Source: Centroscyllium fabricii
Lineage: Eukaryota
Assembly (NCBI GenBank): GCA_051313645.2
Contig: JBNRSN020000002.1
Location: 222,704,001 to 222,768,000 of the forward strand
DNA: 64,000 nucleotides
Direction of reading: 5' to 3'
Shown: piece by piece, positions 58,388 through 64,000 of the stretch
Numbering within the stretch: position 1 is the first letter of the stretch
How the letters are laid out: each line of letters starts with the position of its first letter
Notes under the pieces: generated by a model
What the model saw: only the letters and a program-made list of their open reading frames with translations
Told to the model about the DNA's origin: nothing
Databases searched by the model: none
Program-made: the position numbers and the translations under genes

Positions 58388-61144
58388 TTTGTGCTGTGTC
58401 CTCCCTGGGGAGTAAAATCGAAGAAATTAAACTTGGCCTCTCCACACAGACCAGGATCAAGGAATGCTGCGCCATGATCTTCACGGAGACCTGGCTGAAC
58501 GACTGCATTCCTGACTCCGCCATCCAGCTGGCGGGTCACACGGTCTTCCGCGCCGACAGAACCGCCGACTCCGGTAAGAGCAAGGGAGGCGGCCTGTGCA
58601 TCTACACAAACAACGCCTGGGGCACGAACGCGGAACTGATCGAAAGTTCCTGCTCCGCCGATCTGGAATTCCTCACTGTAAAGTGCAGACCCTTCTACCT
58701 GCCTCGGGAATTTACGTCCGTCATCTTCACTGCGGTCTACATCCCTCCACACGCAAATGCCGAACTGGCACTCAAAGATCTCCACAGGGCCATCAGCGAG
58801 CAGCAGACCGCGCATCCGGAGGGAGCCTTTATCGTGGCGGGGGACTTCAACCACGCTAACCTCAAATCGGTGCTACCAAAATTTTACAAGAATGTCTCCT
58901 GCCCCACGAGGGGAGAGAACACGCTGGACCAGGTCTACACCAACATTGCAGAGACTTACAAAGCCATCCCGTGCCCCCACCTCGGGAATTCCGACCACCT
59001 TTCACTGTTCCTCGCCCCAGCATACAAACCACTCATCAAAAGGGTGAAAGCTTCAACCAAAACAGTCAGAGTATGGCCAGAAGGGGCAGTCTCGGAGCTA
59101 CAAGACTGCTTCGAACGCACTGAATGGAGCATGTTCGCTCACACGGACATCGAGGAATACGCATCCACAGTGCTTTTTTACATCAACAGCTGTGTCGAGG
59201 TGGTCACTACCCAAAAAAACATCAAGACATTCCCCAACCAGAAACCCTGGATGAACGGGGAGGTCCGCTCGCTGCTGAAGGCGCGTGACACAGCTTTCAA
59301 ATCTGGGGATGTGGCGGCTTACACCACAGCCAGGGCCAACCTAAAGAGGGGTATCAGGTATGCCAAACAAAACCAGACACTGAAGATAGAGGAACACTTT
59401 CTCAACAACTCGGACCCTCGACGTATGTGGCAAGGCATACAGTCCATCACGGACTACAAGTGCAGAAACACCAGCCCCCCGACCGGCGATGCCTCCCTAC
59501 CGGAGGAACTCAACAACTTCTACGCTCGCTTTGACAGGGACAACAAGGAGCCAGCCACCAAAGTCCTGCAATCCCCGGAAGACCAGCCATTAACACTGTC
59601 CTGTTCCGACGTTAGAGGTGCTCTACGTAGAGTGAACGCACGGAAGGCCGCGGGTCCTGATGGCATCCCCGGCCGGGCACTCAAAGAATGTGCCGACCAA
59701 CTGGCTGAAGTCTTCACCGACATCTTCAACCTGTCACTGGCGAAGGCAGCTGTCCCTACCTGCTTCAAAACCGCCACCATCATCCCTGTGCCCAAGAAAA
59801 CGGCCGTGACGTGCCTGAACGACTACCGCCCTGTTGCACTTACACCCATTATCATGAAGTGTTTCGAGCGGCTGGTCCTGGCCCACATCAAAGCCAGCAT
59901 CCCCGACACCCTGGACCAATACCAGTTCGCCTACCGTGGGAATAGATCTACAGAGGATGCTATCACTACGGCTCTTCACTCTGCACTAAACCACCTGGAT
60001 AGCAAAGATACATATATCAGAATGCTGTTTATTGACTACAGCTCAGCATTCAACACCATCGTCCCCAGCAAACTGTCTACCAAACTCCTCACCATCGGCC
60101 TGACCACCTCCCTCTGCAACTGGACCCTGGACTTCCTAACCAACAGACCACAGTCTGTGAAGTTAGGCAACCTCACCTCCCCCCCCTTACCCTGAACACG
60201 GGGGCCCCACAAGGTTGTGTGCTCAGCCCCCTCCTCTACTCCCTCTTCACTCACGACTGTGCGGCTGTCCATGGCTCCAACACGATCATCAAGTTCGCGG
60301 ATGACACCACGGTGGTTGGCCAGATCACCAACAACGACGAGTCAGCCTACAGGGATGAGATCCAGCGCCTTGTGGGTTGGTGTGCCGACAACAACCTGGC
60401 ACTGAACACCAAGAAAACCAAGGAGATCATAGTAGACTTCCGGAGGACTGGAAGCAGAAGACACACCCCCATCTTCATCCAAGGGGCTGAGGTGGAAAGG
60501 GTGTCCAGCTTCAAGTTCCTCGGGGTCCACATCTCGGAAGATCTCTCCTGGTCACTAAACACCTCCTCTCTGGTTAAGAAGGCCCAACAGCGCCTGTACT
60601 TCCTTAGGAAGCTGAGGAAAGCCAGGCTGTCATCCGGCATCCTCTCCAACTTCTACCGCTGCACAATAGAAAGCATACTGACAAGCTGCATCACTGTCTG
60701 GTATGGTAATTGCACTATCTCGGACCGGAAAACCCTGCAGCGGGTAGTCAAAACTGCCCAACGAATTACCGGTACACAGCTACCGTCAATGGAAAGCATC
60801 TACCTCAAACGCTGCTTACGGAGGTCTATGAACATTATTAAAGACCCCACACACCCCAGCCACAGTCTGTTCGCCCCTCTGCCCTCCGGGAGACGCTACA
60901 GAGCAATTCGCACCCGCACGACTAGATTTCAGAACAGCTTCTTCCCCAGGGCTGTCAGCCTCCTGAACTCTAAAAAGAAACTCCTGTACCTGCACGCCTG
61001 ACAATGAACTTTACTGTATGCAATTTGCATGTAATTTATTTATTTTGTTTGCACTACTCTCGGGAGAGTCGAGTCTTCGTCTCGTTGTATTGTACTAGTA
61101 CTCTGCAATGACAATAAAACTTGAATTGAATTGAATTGAATTGA
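58388..61144 (+). mobile_element. Rex1/Babar-clade LINE inserted in the Gypsy 3' LTR
   Basis: AATAAA plus (TTGAA)n tail; TSD agtac (58383-58387 / 61145-61149). Confidence 0.92.
58401..61001 (+). pseudogene. Rex1 APE endonuclease-RT ORF with one frameshift in a C-run (~60180)
   Basis: FTETWL, CRPFYLPREF, GDFN, SDH, DYRPVALT, KFADDTT, KKAQQRLYFLRKL. Confidence 0.92.
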
Positions 61145-61965
61145 AGTACACTGCAGTACTGCGGTTCACCACTACTGTATATATGTTAGCGCGAGGAGCG
61201 CTATGAGTTAGTTCCAGACTTTACTATGCCTAGTAAACATCACCTTGAGTTGTACCTTTAACGTCGAGTCTGTCGTTATTAATCCTTGATAGCGCGGACT
61301 TAATAAATGTACATATAGAGTATGTTTAACTTTATTATTGTGATAATAGAGCCAGGTGAAATGTAGGCCAGTCAATCAACTGCAAGCTAAAATCATTCTG
61401 ATGAATAGGAAATGCGCATTTGAACTTTTTACATTGGAGTCTTCCACTGTTCCTGTCTTTACTAAACTATTTACAATAATGAGGAAGTATCAGTCAAGCA
61501 TTCGCAGGCCTCATTTAAGGAAAGCAGCACTGGATCATCTTCAATGAAGTGTTAAAAAGGAGCGAGGCCACCCATTGGTCTGAAACAATGCCCAAATTAT
61601 ATAGGAGACTACCTTTTGAGCTAAAGTTACCTCAAAAATGAGTGCCATCTGAAACATGAAGAGGGATGCTGAAGATTACTGCCAGCCTCCGAGCATGCAT
61701 TAAAATGGAAACAGTCTCCCTCAATAAGAAGATTTGCAAAACAGAGCACTTAGACATGAAGAGGAAGATAGGTAGCAGCTAAGATAAATGTATGTTTCCT
61801 GTAAATAATATTTGATAAGGGATGGAGCACTTTTCCTGTTTGGTCACCCAATGTTAGGTCAGGTATTGTGGAGCCAGATGCAGCTTAAAACTCCATCTAT
61901 TCTGCTCAACAATATGCATAACCCCAATTTAAGAAGAACTTTCTCCTCCTGGAATATAATAACAG

Positions 61966-62440
61966 GAACAACAACTTGCATTAACATAGCACCTTTAATG
62001 TAGTAAAACGCCCCATGGTGCTTCACAGGAGCATTATCAAACAAAATCTGACACTGAGCCACATAAGGAGATACTGGGAAAAGTGACCAAAATGCCTGGT
62101 CAAAGAGGAAGATGTTAAGGAGTGTCTTAAAGGAGGAGAGACAGGTAGAGAGGTGTAGAGCGATTCCAGGGCTTGGGACCTAGACAGCTGTAGACATGAC
62201 TGCCAATGGGGATGCGAAGGAAAGCGGGAATGCACAAGAGATCAGAATTAATCTCGGAGGGTTCTGGGCTGGATGAGATTACAGAGATCGGAAGGGGTGA
62301 GGCCATGGGGGGATTTGAACACAAGGATGAGAATTTTAAATCTGAGGCATTGCTAGACTGGGACCCAATGTAGGTCAGTGAGCACAGAGATGATGGATGA
62401 ACGAGACCTTGTGCGAGCCAAGGTATGTGCAGCAATACTT
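61966..62440 (-). mobile_element. L2 LINE 3' fragment
   Basis: Similar to 1445-1920. Confidence 0.8.
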
Positions 62441-62627
62441 CCAATTTGTCTACTTCCTGAAACAGGAAATCCTCCGAGTGAGACTGACAAAGAATAGGCA
62501 GGTTTTCTAAGGATCTGCACTTATTTGGAATTCATTTGAGATGGCCCAAACTAATTTCAGACAAGACCGTTAGTTCTGGCAGAGAGAAGTGCCTGAGTTG
62601 GAGTAATATCCAGAGATGAAAGGATAA

Positions 62628-62926
62628 GGACAACAAGGCAGCATTTAACCGATTGTGGCATCAAGGAGCCCTAGTTAATGGGAACGGGGGGGAAACTCTT
62701 CACTGGCTGGAGTCATACCTAGCACAAAGGAAGATGGTTGTGGTTGTTGGAGGTCCTTCATCTCAGCCCAGGATATTGCTGCAGGAGTTCCTCAGGGCAG
62801 TGCCCTAGGCTCAACCATCTTCAGCTGCTTCATCAATGAGCCTCCCTGCATCATAAGGTCCGAAGTGGGGCTATTCGCTGATGATTGCACAGTGTTCAGT
62901 GCCATTTGCAACTTCTCAGATAATGA
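62628..62926 (+). mobile_element. CR1/L2-group LINE RT fragment (same family as 36570-38140)
   Basis: KAAF.RLWHQG, AGVPQGSALG, FADD. Confidence 0.8.
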
Positions 62927-64000
62927 GTAAGTAAGTAAGTAAGTAAATACATTTTATTGTCACATGAACTGAACAGAAAAAAACTCAGACAGTGAAATGC
63001 TTACTGCTGTTTCACACGCGCCATACATCAAACCGCGCAACACAGAACATTGAGATACACAGCGCGCGCGGAACCCGCAAGACGTCAAGCCATTCTCCGG
63101 CACCATCAATTGTGGGTCCGCTGATGCTCCGGCTCTTTAGTTCGATGTTGTTTTCCTTCCTCCATACCATCCACTGCAATACGCTGCTGAATTCGGGTTT
63201 CCGATGGTTACGGGACTACCTCACGGAGCGGTGACCTCCAAGATCTTCCAACTCCACATTTCCGGAATGGGTGTATGATGACTGGGGGGACCGACCTCGA
63301 CGCTACATCGGATTGTCAAAACCGCGGAACTCCCGCCGAAATCTTGCACCTCGGGAGGGGAGAACAAAGGCCCTTGGTCAATTCTCGGCCCAATGAAGAA
63401 CAGTCCTCCAAAAACCACCCCAAACGGCCGCAGAGCTTCCGCACCTCGGGAGTGAAGATCCGGGGCTGGTGCTCGACCCGCGGCCCCACCGATGACACCC
63501 CGAAATGGCCGCAGAGCTCCCGCGCCTCGGGAGTGAAGATCGGAAGATTGGGGTCCGGTGCTCAACCCACGGCCCACTGATGACACCCCAAAAACGGCAC
63601 AGAGCTCCCGTGCCTCGGGAGTGAAGATCAGAAGATCGGGGGCTGGGCCTCGACCCATGGCCCACCGATAACACCCCAAAAACGGCCACAGAGCTCCCGC
63701 ACTTTGGGAGTGAACATCGGAAGATTGGGGGCCGGTGCTCGACCCACGGCCCCACCGACGACACCTCGAAACGGTCGCAAAGCTCCCGCGCCTCGGGAGT
63801 GAAGATCAGGGGCCCGGGGCCTACCCTTCTGCCAGGCCTCCCGAAACTATCGAAATCCGTCAATTTATAAATTTAAAAAACAATTCAAATTTAAACTTAA
63901 ACCATCAGCCAGACTCTCTACTGACTTCCCTAAAAGGCCGATGTTTTAAATTCGAAATAGTGAGGTGAAATTCAATTTACAAGTGAATTTCAGAGCAGTG
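62927..64000 (-). mobile_element. Unclassified non-LTR insertion with (TTAC)n tail and ~81-91-bp tandem repeats (63410-63830); runs off the window
   Basis: Minus strand ends tttcactg...gtgacaataaaa..(ttac)n; five repeat units; no recognisable coding motif. Confidence 0.55.

Larger units (their letters stand above)
52796..61305 (+). mobile_element. Full-length degenerate Mag-clade Gypsy (5' LTR 52796-53016; 3' LTR 58323-58387 + 61150-61305)
   Basis: 5-bp TSD AATGT; PBS tggcgacgagg (tRNA-Ser(GCU)-like) at 53018-53028; PPT ~58310-58322. Confidence 0.95.

Noticed and set aside
58312-58400. Signal-peptide-like N-terminus on the 627-aa ORF
   Set aside because: It is Gypsy LTR sequence fortuitously in frame with the Rex1 ORF

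Overview
Eukaryotic, almost entirely transposon-derived DNA. HE1-type V-SINEs, HER1-type CR1 LINEs and SacSINE1-like DeuSINEs point to a cartilaginous fish (shark/ray). No host protein-coding gene could be confidently identified. Contents: several CR1, L2, RTE and Rex1/Babar LINEs; one intact CsRn1-clade Gypsy; four Mag-like Gypsy copies plus an older relic; a degenerate two-gene Harbinger; pogo/Tigger, hAT and Harbinger MITEs. Many are nested, with readable target-site duplications (TSDs). The most notable feature is an 11.9-kb LTR element (32787-44654, TSD AGCC, ~1.4-kb LTR, tRNA-Arg-like PBS). It carries a coiled-coil/capsid/CCHC gag and a decayed envelope gene with a class I fusion architecture resembling paramyxo/pneumovirus F proteins (lokiretrovirus-like), but no pol. 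A solo LTR of a sister family lies at 21249-22467. Also notable is a Mag-like Gypsy family with no tRNA PBS, whose leader is instead perfectly complementary to its own LTR poly(A) region. All family assignments rest on motif recognition by eye; no searches were run.
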